A stretch of DNA of 64,000 nucleotides, taken from Raillietiella orientalis (Eukaryota). Each line of letters opens with the position of its first letter. Positions within the stretch are counted from its first letter, which is position 1. Positions 26,339-38,763 of this stretch are shown here, piece after piece. The notes beneath the pieces are model-generated. The model ran no database searches. It worked only from the letters and a program-made list of their open reading frames with translations, and was not told the DNA's origin. The position numbers and the translations under genes were made by a program. Location: the NCBI GenBank assembly GCA_036172245.1, contig JAYWIR010000044.1:682001-746000 (forward strand), written 5' to 3'.

Positions 26339-26646
26339 TCGAGGAATATATGGCGAGCTCAGGGGACGAGAAGGCCCTTCGGAGCCAAGTGTCTTGAAGT
26401 GAAGAAAAGGTTATCCAAGGGGTGACGGCGTAATTTTCGCAGAGTGCCCGCCCCGACTGGCTTGGGAGACCTCGGTGTTCAATTAGGCAACCACGAAGTG
26501 CGGAAGATTTACGGTCCTTCCGGATGAAGATCCTGCACGATCCAAGCTCAGATCGGCGGGAGGCGAACTGGTTCCCGTCTTTGTACGGCGATGAACCCTG
26601 CCGGTGAAGTAGATGACTGGGAAGCTGCAAGATTTTCTCGATCAAG

Positions 26647-27142
26647 ATGATGGAGGGGGTTTCTGAGACGACAGAGGTGCTGCTGAGTGTGGCTTGGGTA
26701 ATCTGGATTTGAGTGTAACCTTTCAAGGGAACCGGAATGGCGGGAGGGGCCAAACAAAGTGGGGATGGTGATAGTAGAGCCTTTAAGTGATGAGTCATAG
26801 TTGTTGGGCAAGGGGTATTTTGGATTGGAAGGTAGTAATAAGGTGGGTTATAAGTCGGATCTTGTAATTATGCTGTGAGCGCTAAGTGAAAATTTGAGTG
26901 ATTTGTCCCAAGGATTGGATGGGAATGAGTGGGGATCATGGGTTGATGTCATTCGTATATTATTTCAGAGAAAGGATGTATGAGTTATCAATGAGTGGGT
27001 GGGTAAACAGCAGCAAGATATAGATGTATTGGTCATGCGGTGCGTTCTGCAGCTCAGATGACTTCTTGTGAGGTGGGTATTTTTATTGTGTTGATGGGTG
27101 TGGTAATGCATATAGGTTAAGGGTGAGAGTAGGGGATGGATA
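26647..27142 (+). pseudogene. ND1: NUMT: decayed fragment of mitochondrial NADH dehydrogenase subunit 1 (N-terminal half)
   Basis: VLLSVAW, REGPNKVGMVIVEPLSDES*LLGKG (like RKGPNKVG..G.LQPFSDA.KLF.KE), YELSMSGW and AVRSAAQMTSCEV (like ALRAVAQTISYEV) in correct order; strong G/T skew; stops and indels. Confidence 0.85.
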
Positions 27143-28767
27143 ATGTTTTTTTTTTTTAGTTCGGGGCGATCAATTCTCTTTGAGACTTTGCTGAGTGGAA
27201 TTTTTCACCCGGCAACGCTGGGGGGTGTTTCTTTAATGGAAAAAGCAAACCAGCTGGGAAACCGGTTCCCATCCAAAGGCAAAAGAAGCGCAAGGAGAGG
27301 ACCCGGAACCGACGCTGGATGCCGGAGATCATCCGCCTTCTCTCTTCTTTTCCTTCTTCCAGATGAGACCACTTGCAGCCATCCTCATACAACCGGCTGC
27401 TGTCACAACGACGTCCCTTCACTGCTCCTGAGTTGTCAAGAAGAGACCTTTGTTAGGCTGCTGCCCTCCTCTTTGGTGGATCCAGACCTTGCAGCTGCCT
27501 CCTCAGCTTGTCCTTCTGCAGAAGTGCTTGCTCCTCGAGATATCCCTGCCTGTTCAGAAGCTGACTCTGACCCTCCAGCTGCGACTAGGTGGCATTTTCC
27601 TGCTGTTTCCGCCTGAATAGGAACTCTCGCTGTTGTTCCAGAAGTCTCCTGTGGTGCTGCTGTTGCTCTCGCTCCCGGTCTCTCGTCTGGCCATGGTACT
27701 CCTGCTGCTGGTTCACCAGGTTCGGCGCCGTGACAATGGCGCGGAGACAGCACCTCGTCGCGATCTCTGAGCGCCGGGAGTCAATCGCGCAAGAAGAATC
27801 GCTGCAGACCCAGGTCACGGGCGGCGTCCTCCCGCGCCGAAGTCAGCCTTAGCCACAGTTCGCGGAAGGCACCATATTCCAGAAGGAGGGCAGCGGGATC
27901 GTCTCCGCCACCGCCCCCGAGCCCGGCTACAGTTCCGGGATGGCAGCTTCTCCGGAGACGAGGTCGAGACACTGACCGCACTGAGACCCCCAGCTTAACG
28001 GGTACACGGAAGTGTTCCAACACAAGTTCCTTGGGGGCGACTCTGTGAAGTTAATTCCACCGAAGGAATTCCTGAGTGCGCGGAGTGGCGACATTCGCCA
28101 ACTCACGCGCCTTCCAGCCGCCAAGGAGTTTCACCTTTCCCGCAGTGACCCAGGAGAGCTCCCACCTCGCCGGTAGGCTACTGTTGCCGCTTAAGGAAGG
28201 CGGTGCTGCGGCAAGAGGCGTGGCGGCCAGGATGCTCAACTTTTTCGGTTTCTGCAGTACCTCATCCAAAGGGTGGCTGAGAAAGAGTTGCAAAGGGAGA
28301 AGTTCCGCTGGATGCCTTCCCTGGGAACGCAGCTCAGGGCATGGCCTCTTCCTGCTTCTGGGAATGGAAGTTCGTTGGGCGGCAGGAGATCCAAGGACTT
28401 CCACTAGAGAGGCGAGTTGCTTCTCTCGTTGCCTGCTCAGGAAAACCAAATCACCGAACCTGTACCGCAAGCACGGAAGCAACAAAAGCCCTTCGCTGCC
28501 GGCGCATCTTCTATGGGTGAGGTGAGCAGGCGCACACAAGGGGGAAATCCACATCTTGGAGCAGAGTTGAACTGCACTTGCAGCCCAATTCTCCTCAGCG
28601 TCACGATGCCTAAGCCGGCATCCCGACGCGGAGCCGTCAAGCCCTTGAGGCAGATTCTGGAACTCACAGGTCCCAGAGGGCGTTCCCCAACAGGCCCGGA
28701 TCTTAGCCGAGTAGAGAGACGGGTGAACACAAAACAGGGGGCGGAGGAAGGGGGCAATAAAGGCGTT

Positions 28768-29290
28768 TCAGATGGAGATCCGTTCCGGCAAGACGAAGTT
28801 GCCTTCGAGGAACGGGCTGAGAGCCATTTCAGCCTTCTGAAGGCGGCCTGAGCACGCTTCGACAGCGCCGAAGACACCCAATGGAATGCCAAGGTACCTG
28901 AAGGCCCATGGGGATCTCAGGCGGATCCAGTGGGACTGCCCCTCCCACGACTCACCCACCGGGACAACCATGCTCTTGATCCTGTTGACGCGCTCGCTCT
29001 CTCCCCAACGAATCAGCTCGAAGAAATCCTCGAGGCTGGACTCCAGGGTGGACACGAGCAAAAGGAAAAGCAGGTCGTCCGCGTAGGCAGCCACGGTAGG
29101 CGTGCGCGGACAAGGGCTGGCCAGGCTACCCAGCGTCAGCCTGTACGCCTTCAGAACCAACTCGAAGAGGATCCTGAAGGGCATGGGGTTTAAGCTGTAC
29201 CCCTGCCTGATGCCGTGAGATCCGTGAAATCTGAGTGAGATCAGTCGGTGCCCGAACGCCAGCATCCTCGACTCGCTCGCATAATTTTGG
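28768..29290 (-). pseudogene. L1/Tx1-clade reverse transcriptase subdomains 4-7
   Basis: GIRQGYSLNP, VAAYADDL, VNRIKS and FRYLGIP in one frame. Confidence 0.9.
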
Positions 29291-30916
29291 GGAGGAACAC
29301 TCTGCACACCTTTTACACTGATGAAGAGAAGAGAGCGGGATGCAAGAGACCGCGAGGGTTAGTGCTCTGAAAAGTGGGAAAAAGAAAGGGGAAAAGTCCA
29401 CCATGTGGGAAAAAGTGGTGATTCGATGTGAGTTTTGCTGAAGGCGAAGCGGTCGGAGTCCCTGAAGTATCCTCGATTCCCAACCATCTGGAACGAGAGC
29501 AGTTTCGTGACCCTGATAGATTGCAGCTACCTAGGATGGCACATGGCATGGGAGCAACGCAGGACGACACGAATCTTCCGCTTGCGTTTCCTCCTCGGAT
29601 TGCGGATCACGGCAGTCGGGAAGTAAATGGACAGGTAGCAGCCTCCTCTTTGTGTTGTGAGATCAGATGCTGTCAGAACTGCAAAGACATCATTGGCTTC
29701 CTTCATCTCCTTTCCACAGACCACGGTGCCGAGGGCGACGTGCCGCTTCTGCTACACGAGAACGTCACAGATGAGTGCCTTGACCTATACCGATAGAGGG
29801 CTCGTTGATGTTCAGCACCGCTTGGTCACAAATTTCCTCGCATGCAAAATTTTCCGAAGGCAAGAATGACGATGTTTTCTGATTCCCCGATCCTCTCTCT
29901 GGTGACGAATATCGCTCCCAGAGAAGAAGGGAAGTCCGGCAGGAACCGTTTCCATAACGACGTGCTCCTCACTCTCTTGCGCACCTTCAGCATTCTCCGG
30001 TACTCTCGAGAAGATGCATTCCACGTCCCATTATAAATAGATCCTGAGAGATGTGCTGCGAGGCTCCGTTTGGTCCACGAGACAGATGATGGTGTCGTAC
30101 CCAGCTGCATCCTGGCCCGCGTGGTCTTCCGGATGCTTCGGGATTTTTCGGTTGGGCCCTGGCGTGCATGCCAGAGTTGCGCGCGCGCAAGCCTTTCAGA
30201 GACGCGTGCTCCTTACAGACGTAGTGGGAAAGCAGACAATGAGAAACTTCCGCTCGGACAGTTATTTATGTTTGAACAAGAGAACGTCACTGTGAGAGGT
30301 GTGCGTGAAGTAAGAGATCTTCCTTCTTCCCTTTCTGACTCTCCCTTCTTCCTCGAAGTTGGTGATAGGGATAGATAAGTCGACCAGAACTCTTTGTTTC
30401 CTTCGGAATTCCAGCAGTGCGAAGAGTACCTTCCCAAAGTGAGGAAGCAACGTGCTTCTCCAGAGCCGGGTATTGCGGCACCAATTGGGAGCCGCGTTGA
30501 GGTCGTAACTCGGCTTCCTCTTTTTTTTCTTTCTCTTTTTTCTGGTGGAGAGGGGGAGGGGGAAGTCTTTGTTTTAAAGACAGTTCTTTGGAAGATCTGA
30601 AAGGATCACCAGAGGAGGTACGCAAGGGATCAGCACCTTCAAACCTCAAAGTTCGAGAAAATTCTGTTCAGGGCAACCTCCAGTTCAGTGGAAGCAAAGC
30701 AGACTGCAGTGGCCGCTGCAGCCCTAGTAAAATCCTTCCCGCGGCTTGACCGGAGGAGTATCTGAGCAGGAAGACATCGCCAGGTGTTGTACCTTGCGCG
30801 TGTCATGTTCGGTCACGGAGCAGTAGACGCACAAGGCACAGAAGAGCGTTCTGCTTCTTCACTGAAAGGCGATGCAAGGGCCGCGGGAAGTCTTGGACAG
30901 CAGTCAAGGATGGGTG

Positions 30917-32409
30917 CTACCCTACTCCTAAAGTGGCAGGAGTTGCCGAACCTGCTGTTGCACTGGGGTGTCCCTTGCAATGCCCGCCAACACCATTGGA
31001 CCCGGCGGAGGAGGTGAGTCCAAACTGCGGCAGGTGCGGCGAGAGAGAGTCCCTCCCGCACCTGCTCATGGAATGTGTTGTCCTCCATTCCGTGTGGGAA
31101 CGCTTCGTCGCGTCTCTGAGGATCCCTGAGGGCAACCCCAGAGTCGTTTTGAAGTGCCTGTTCTCTCGCGTCGCCCTTACGCTGGCCGCATCCCCAGCAG
31201 CACTGTGCCGCCTACGCGGCGGGACCGTGGCTTCATGGAGCAAGGAGGCCAGAACGACAGGGACGCCATCTATTTTGCTGTCCTCTTCATGAGCACAGCC
31301 TCAAGATGGTCCATGTGGGAGCCTCGAAACAGAAACTTGGGGCGCGCTGCTCGATGTTCCCATTGAACATCTGAAGTGGCCCCCGGTGCTCATGAACACT
31401 TCCGCCCTTCCCTTAAAATGGCAGGAGTCGGCTCTCCTATTGCAGCACTGGGGACTCCCCTGCAACGCCCGCCGACACCACTGGACCTGGGGTGCGGTGG
31501 ACCCCAATTGCGTCAGGTGTGGGGAACGGGAGTCCCTCCCCCACCTGCTAGTGGATTGTGTTGCCCTTCGGCCCCTTTGGTTTCGCTTTGCCGCGGCCAT
31601 CGGAATCCCCTGCGGCAACCCTAGGGACGCACTGAAAGCCCTCTTCGTTGCCGACGCCTTTCGGCCAGCGGCCTCGTTAGCAGCTTTGTGCTGCCTACGC
31701 GGGATCGTCACCGCTTGGAGCAAGGCTACGGGAGGACAACGCGACCAGGGTGCCATCCAGCCACCCTCCCAGTTCCTGAGGAGGGCGTCCCGATGGCCCC
31801 ACCTGGATCCAGGAATACAGAAGGAGCTTGCCGGCATCCTGCAAAGGATGCAACGACCCCACCAGCAACTGTGATCCCTTCCCTTACCCTCCCAACTTTT
31901 CTTTTCTTTTTTGTTTTGTTTTTTGTTTTTCTCCCTACCCCCTGCTGCCGTGGTGGACCGTACCGGTCTGCGAACCGGTGACCCGGCAGGCTCTGTGTTT
32001 CTTCGTGCGTGGCTGGAGCAATGGTCCAGCCACCGCACGTCTTTGTAAATGTTTATTTTACAATAAACGCCCCGGCGAAATCCGGGTGAAAATCGAAACA
32101 GAAACTTGTCGGCATCCTTACAAGGATACAGAGCACCCCGCCAGCACACAGTAATCCCTTCCCAAACCAGATCATGCCCCTCATCCCACCCCCACTTTCT
32201 TGACTGTATTTTTCTTTTTCGTTTTATTTATTTCTTTTTGTTTTTCTTCCCTTCCCCCGTGATGCCGTGGCGAACCTCGCTGGCCTGCGCACCGGTCCTC
32301 GGCAGGTTCCCTTTGTACATTTTGTAACGTTGAAGGATCACGCATCCTGCCACTGACGTATAAGTTTTATTTTTAATAAATAAACGCCCAGGCGTGACCG
32401 GGCGTCAAC
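30917..32409 (+). mobile_element. Family A 3' fragment (outer copy), bounded by a ~12 bp TSD and split by an inner copy
   Basis: TSD caaggatgggtg (30905-30916) / cagggatgggcg (32410-32421); CGRCGERESLPHLLMEC; terminus aataaacgcccaggcgtgaccgggcgtcaac. Confidence 0.85.
31340..32092 (+). mobile_element. Family A 3' fragment (inner copy) with an intact 162-codon zf-RVT frame (31386-31874) and a perfect 16 bp TSD
   Basis: TSD tcgaaacagaaacttg at 31324-31339 and 32093-32108; CVRCGERESLPHLLVDC; ends aataaacgccccggcgaaatccgggtgaaaa. Confidence 0.9.
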
Positions 32410-35051
32410 CAGGGATGGGCGATCCGAAGTGGAGAAGTCGCGCAGACCTGACCTGCTGCTGAGAAAAGGGGAACGATACTGGACGGGTACTGACCATTCC
32501 GCAGAGCAGCGGCACCGTTCCAGAACGCGCGCGAACGAAACGTCCCAACACGTTGGACCCACGCGCTTCCCGCTTTGCTCTCCTGAGGCGTTCGAGCGCC
32601 AGTTTTGCACGATCACTGCCAGGTCACCGGAATTCCAAGAGCAGTGCTGTTCTTCGAGAGCTGGGAATTTCCAGAACCGACTCCAACTGCGTCTGCCTAC
32701 TATGCTCATCGGTTGGTCCCAGCTCTTCTCAGGGAGTCCATATTCTAAGAGCTTCCTTCATGTGATCGATGGGTCCAGTATAGGCCACGGCCATGTTGGG
32801 TGCTTGAGGCAACTGCCAGGCGCCCATCTTGTGGAGATGTGGCACTCTCTTGGACGCTTCGTTTGGAAGATTCTGCTACCCTAAAGAAGATCCCCAGATG
32901 ATGATGCTGTGAGCCTTCCAGTGCAGCCGTAACGTCTGATGGGCTCACCTTCTAGGACAACCTTTGAACAACCAGGAACAGAATTGTTGAGAACCGAAGG
33001 TCCTTAGTCAGGATGAGAATCTGTAGGATGCTGGGATCTTCGATGCCTTCAGTGGACTGCCAGCTCGTAGACTCGGGTAGCGCCGAAACTGATGCAAGCG
33101 AAACACTCCTTTGCCAGGAAAAGGTAAGCGTGATTCGTGCACTGACTGCGTGTTCGGACCCTGGTGGGAAAGCATCAGGCGGAGTCTCCTCCCCAAGAGG
33201 GAACAACCCCCGCTGTTGGACACATCCTACATCCAACTCTCCGTCTGACGAATCTGAACGGCTGGAGGAAGTCCTTCCAGAAGATGAGATGACCGCCTGC
33301 GAATCTCTCCATCTCAGCGATACCGAGCGCCACCTGCCTGTCCCGGTAGCATCTTTAAACGTAAGACGCCGCCAAGGTCGCTTGGAAGAGCTCTGGTGAC
33401 CTGAATGGCTATCGCGTTTCGCAGGTCAAGTCCGGATGCAAGTCGAATGATCAGGTGCGTCTTCTGTTTCGGAGCAACGGGACGCGTGAGGGACGGTCAG
33501 TCGGAAGTTGAGGAAAAATTTGGGATGAACGGAAATAGCCTATTCCTGGGAACAGGCGGAGGTGGAGGTGGAGGAGGGTCCACGGAGGTGGAGTGCCAGC
33601 TTCACCTTAGTCAGAAACAGGATTCACCTGTAGGCATGAAGCGGAGAGGCCTTCCCGTCGTTGAACCTAAGAAACCGGAGGGAGGCATCTCCGTGAAGCT
33701 GGCAGCATCTGTATCTGAAGAGGATGTCCTCCAGAGAGTTCCTGAGCGGAAACAAAGGGGGAGGGGGGTCTACCCTGAAAAACTCCCAGTAGCTCTCGAG
33801 ACCTCCTCTGAAGCTCTGAAACGCCTACAGGGCGACCTCCGTCGACCGGCTCGGGAAGATGCCCGGAGGGCCAAGCAGTCCAAACCGTTGAGATGACGGC
33901 CCCTTTCACCAGGGGAGCCACCACTGATGGACGCCATCCCCTCCGTCCAGCTCGCCGGGTATCCCGGATCGCGTTCACCCCGGGAGTGGGTGCGGCGTCC
34001 CACAACGCGCTCGATTGCTTGCTCAAACGGATCGCCTGCAGGATGCGACAGCGCGGTGCGTCCGGAGGGCAAAAACTTATATCGCTATCGATCGGTCGGA
34101 TCTTAATTCCCCTTGCCCAGAACGATGCTCGGGTGGAAGGGGGGCTGTAAAACACGTACACGCCCTGCCCCCCTCTCTGTGCACGGAACCGCACCGTCGC
34201 GAAACGAAAGATCTTTGCTGGAAGACGTCATCGGGAAAACAGAGGAGGAGAAGGGGGTGGGGAGGGAATTGACCCGCGTTTTCATGTTCTTCCAGAAAAA
34301 AACAAAAAAGAAATGAGGAAAGAAACTGGCTGGACCGCGAGAGGCACGTGCCTTTGTCTTTCGCCTCCCCGTCCATCTCTTCGAGCCGGCGCTCAATCCA
34401 CGTTTCGAGGCTCCAAGCAGTCGCCATCGCATGAGCTCGGAGATGAATGGACGAGGGTCAGAATGCCTTCTCCTCCTGTCGTTTCGCGACGCACTCCGAG
34501 GGAACTTGGATTTCACCACCCTGGTTCCATGGAGCGGCTCCAAAGGAGAGCCCTGCGTCCTGCCTCCGCAAGAGCGGAGAGCAGTTTCCGCTCAAAGATC
34601 GGCCCGCGGCCTCTCCTCGAGGGGGAATCCAAGCTGACAGGCGCGGCAGCACAGAATCTTCGGATGCTTCCACGTCTTCATCCGCCTCCCTGAGCACGGA
34701 GGACGCGAGCGCGCAGTCGTCAGTCAGCCTCCGTGAGATTTAAGGGATGTTAGCGCGGCTGCCAAACCAACATCCATCACGCTCTACGTCGTTCTGAGAG
34801 CGCGGGTTAGCAACGCCGCTCTTTCGGAATTTCGTCTGTCCGTAAAGAGAAGGAAGAACCGGGATAAATGGAACCAGGAGGCGCGCCCACAAATTACGCA
34901 GGGAGAAGGACGACGTCGCTTGACTTTGTTGTAGCTGCTGATGATGCTGCAGTGGCTGCTGCGCTGTTCCTGATCGGCGGAAAGCGCTCGCTTCTCCTGG
35001 ACTCCAGGACGAGTTCGTCAGCCAGCGATAAAAGAGGGACGGATCGATGCG

Positions 35052-35176
35052 GCAGGAGGTGGAGGAAGAGAAAAGGAAGAGGAAGAGAGGAGGAGAAGGA
35101 GGAGAGGGAGAAGAGAAAAGGAGGAAGAAGTGGAAGAGAGAAAGAAAAGAGGTGGAAGAGAAGGGAAGGAGGAAGA
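35052..35176 (+). repeat. Polypurine (GA-rich) low-complexity tract
   Basis: About 125 nt almost entirely G/A. Confidence 0.9.
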
Positions 35177-37149
35177 TCTCTCGTCAGATATTGCCTGCAC
35201 GCGAGGTGTCTGAGTCTTTCCGCGGAGCAGCTTCCCGGCGAGCCTTCCGCTGCTTCGAAAAACGCCCGGAAAGCTCCGGCAGAACTCCGGAGGCTGCGAC
35301 CGATCTTTCGCGCATGCTTAGCTGCTTGCGAAGGATGCTGAGGGGAAGTAGCAGCTGATGGTGAAAACGGTGACCCCTCCTCCTCTTCCCCTCAGGCAAT
35401 CCGCCCTTTCCTCAACTTCCCTAGGTGAAAAGCTACCGTTCTTGAGGGAGGCTCTTCATCTTGCTCCGTGGCCTCGAATGCTCCAAACCTGTCTCCTGGA
35501 GATTTTAGCTTCCCCATTGCCCGGCCTCTTGCCCAGACCACACGGAACCCAAGGGTCCCACGACTGCCGCTTCCTCAGATTCTCCTCTTTCCCCACGACC
35601 CACGACACACGAAAGCGATTGACGTCCAGAGGGGTCGCTCCCGTCCACCTTCGCCGCCCCCAAAACTGGATCTTCTCGAGGGTTGGAGTTGGAATCGGGC
35701 TGGTTAAAGGTCACCGGCGTCTCCAGTTTCCGTGGGTGGTCCCCTCGATCAGATATATCAAGTCGCCGCAAGTCTGGGAAGTCATCTTTCAGTTGCCAGT
35801 GCAGTGGCTGAGGATGTGGCTCATGGATTCCTTCCTTTCAAACACACACCCTCAAATCCTTGTGCATGAACTGGCAGCCCCCAGATCTGGGATATTCTCT
35901 ACCAAACGTGAAGTGCGCTGATACTCCCCTTGCTCAAGGCGCTGTGCGATCGGGAAAGGCTCCACGTCCCCCTACAGCAGCTGTTCCATAGGCAGGAGGC
36001 TGTTTTCTTCTGCACATTCCTACGAAAAACTGCATCTCCGGGTGTCGATCTTCATCTCATTGCTCTCCAAAAGTCTGTCATTTTTTTTTTTTTTTTGACC
36101 GAGCCACACACCCTTGCTTGCCTCCGCTGGTCAGATGACCTCTAGCGTGGAACCTTCCTCCAACGCATCCGGATCAGAATTCTCCCCAGCTTTCATCCTT
36201 CGGTGAAGTCTGCAATCTCTTTGCCGACGCCGAACGCGATGCCCGTCGGGGGCACCGCAGCTCTACTGGAGCAGGCTGCAGTCCTCGACATCTCCCGACC
36301 AGAAGGACGGACGCCTTCGACCTATGCAGGCACCTCCCGCTCAATCCTTCGTCCCCGGGGCGAGAAAGCCCCTCCGCAAGGTACCGTAGCGTCCCACGAA
36401 CTGGCCCAGGGATGGGGAGGCCACCCGGGTCGACCCGGAAAGGTCGCGCAGTGGGAACGTGAATCGGGCTCGGCGCACGTGATTGCCGCAGATGTTTCCA
36501 GAACGCACCTGCGGAACGCGCAAACCTTGCGTAGATCGGAGATGAAAAATTCGGAGCGACTTCCGGAGCGAAATGAATTGTTCGGGATGCCTGTGACGAA
36601 TGCTTCGGTCGCAGCTGATGGCGGCGGAACCTTCACCGCAGCATCCCGGGGAGCCATCCATCACCATCCGATGACGCTCGAGGACCTGAGGGAAAGACAG
36701 TCTTCCTTCATACTCAGGAGCTGCAGGAGATGCGCAAGAGCGTTGCCTCGCTCAGCTTCCCAGCGTCCTTCGACGAGCCACCTTTCCCCGACGTTCGGCA
36801 TGGTCTTCCTCCGAATTTTAGTGGACTATCGCTTCCGATCTCCTCGAGAAACGAGCTCCAGGAGACGGCGTGATCCCCGAAAAACTCGGCAGTCGTCGGA
36901 GACGATTTTCCGGCAAGCTGCAGGACCTCGATTGGATTAGTGCGTGGCGAAAGGAAAACTTTGCTACGAACGCCACGGGGGAAAAACGATGGTGGGAATC
37001 CTTCCAGGTTTTCCTGTTTCCCCTGCTTCCTTCCAGCCCTTTCTTGGAGGAGGCTTCCCTTTTTGGAGGGGTCCGCCAAGTGTTGAGGAACCATTCATCT
37101 GCGTAGGGCGGAGCTCACGGAACTGTTTACACCGTCCACGCCACCCGAG

Positions 37150-37745
37150 GGTGCGTGGAACCCTTCAAGTTCTAGGGGGTGACCTTGGAGGACCACTTTG
37201 TGAATCCAGGAAGGCTCCCGAAGAAGCGGTCTGTCCCTCTTATGCTTGGTAGGAAATCCCGAAGGAAATCCTAGCTCCTGTTGTCTCTCTAGGGAACCAC
37301 AAGAGGAAACCCTTTCTTATTCCTTCTGAAGGGGTCACCGGATGGCTCCGCTCCTTGTTTTTCCTCCGAAGCAAACCCGGAAAGGATCCTCTCCTGGAAT
37401 TTCTTCTCAAGAGGGAATCTGAGAGGTAGCCGCTTCTGGTTCCCTCCTCTGAAGAGAACTCCGAAGAGACTCTTCCAGATTTCCCTGAAGGGTGCTCTCC
37501 GAAGAAAGCAGCGAGCTTTGCACTCTAGAGAGGTGATCCCTCGAGGTGAGTACCAACCAGTTCCATGGTGCGGCTCCATTCTGGCAACCGGAGGAGAACC
37601 TCAAAGGACTTCTTGATTCCTGGAAGAACCCTGGAGGGTCATCTTCCAATCCTTTCTAGGCAACAGGAACATCCGAGGGCTTTCCGGCTTCCACCCGTGC
37701 CATTCTAGCCTCGAAAGATCGACCCGGGCAGCAGCCTTACGGCTA
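37150..37745 (-). mobile_element. Family A body
   Basis: Aligns with 25800-26200 and 11950-12250; repeated ccgaag (CTTCGG in sense). Confidence 0.75.
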
Positions 37746-37759
37746 GTAGGGAGATCTGT

Positions 37760-38620
37760 GGAAATCTCTAGCAGGAGAAGAGGAGTGGGCGAGTGGACGA
37801 TGGACCAGCTCACTGCGAACCCGAGTGCTCGACCTCGTGGACTTTTGCGTTGGGGCGTGCTATTGGGTATTCCGGAGGAAGAGCTGCAATGGTACCCGGT
37901 GCTCATCAACACCCGCGTCCTCCTCTTTAAGTGGCAGGAGTCGGCGTTGATGCTGCTGCACTTGAGTTCTCTCTCGTCCCGTAACGCCCGCGGGCATCTG
38001 TGGACATGGAGGGATGTGGATCCAAACTGTGAAAGATGCGGGAACGTGAATCCCTCCCGTACCTCCTGGTGGACTATGCTCCCCTCCGGCCCCTTTGGAG
38101 ACGCTTTTCCTCGACCCTTGGAACCCCCGGCGGCAACCCCAGGGACGTTGTAGGACTTCTCTTTGTGAGGGACGCCCTCACGCCGGCCGCATCCCTAGCA
38201 GCACGTTGCTGCCCACGCGGCGGGACCATGGCTGCATGGAGCTACTCCAGGGTAGGCCAGAACGACAAGGACGCCATCTATTCTGCTATCCTCTTCATGA
38301 GGATGGCATCAAAATGGTTCCATTTGAGAGTCTTGAAACATAAGCTTGCCGGCATCCTTACAAGTATGCCGAGGACACTCTCCAGCATTTGGTGATCCCT
38401 TCCCGAACCACCATTTTTTTGACTGTATTTTTTTTTGTTTTATTTTTTTCTTTTTGTTTGTCTCCCCTTCCCCAGTGCTTCCGATGTGAACTCTGCTAGC
38501 CTGCGTGCTAGTTCCCGGTCCCTTCTCGTAGTTGTAAGTAACATGGCAGGATCAAACGCCCTGCCACAGACGTGTTGGTTTATTTGATAAATAAACTCCC
38601 CGATGCGACCGGGTGTCAAC
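37760..38620 (+). mobile_element. Family A 3' tail (frameshifted zf-RVT and 3'UTR)
   Basis: LLFKWQESALMLLH..DPNCERCG; terminus aataaactccccgatgcgaccgggtgtcaac. Confidence 0.85.
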
Positions 38621-38763
38621 CACTGCCGCACCCGAAGTCAACCAGCGCCACCTTGCGGGGGGGACTCGAGACCCACGTCGATCCTTCCCCGGGTTGGATT
38701 CGAACCCGCAGCGCTTAGCACCGCACGAAGAGACAGCAGCCACACGGCCACCAACGCGGACCG
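38621..38763 (-). mobile_element. Family A tRNA-like head
   Basis: A-box-like tggccgtgtgg (38740-38750), B-box ggttcgaatcc (38696-38706), second B-box-like gggtctcgagtcc. Confidence 0.8.

Larger units (their letters stand above)
27201..34430 (-). mobile_element. Near full-length decayed L1/Tx1-like LINE (ORF1, APE, RT, zf, 3' terminus), interrupted by the 30917-32409 insertion
   Basis: ORF1-like 33667-34194; APE traces 30400-30900; clear RT 28768-29290; post-RT LTAPRRDAGLG; ATRCCLRAIVTA; terminus cccagcgttgccgggtgaaaaa at 27201. Confidence 0.7.
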
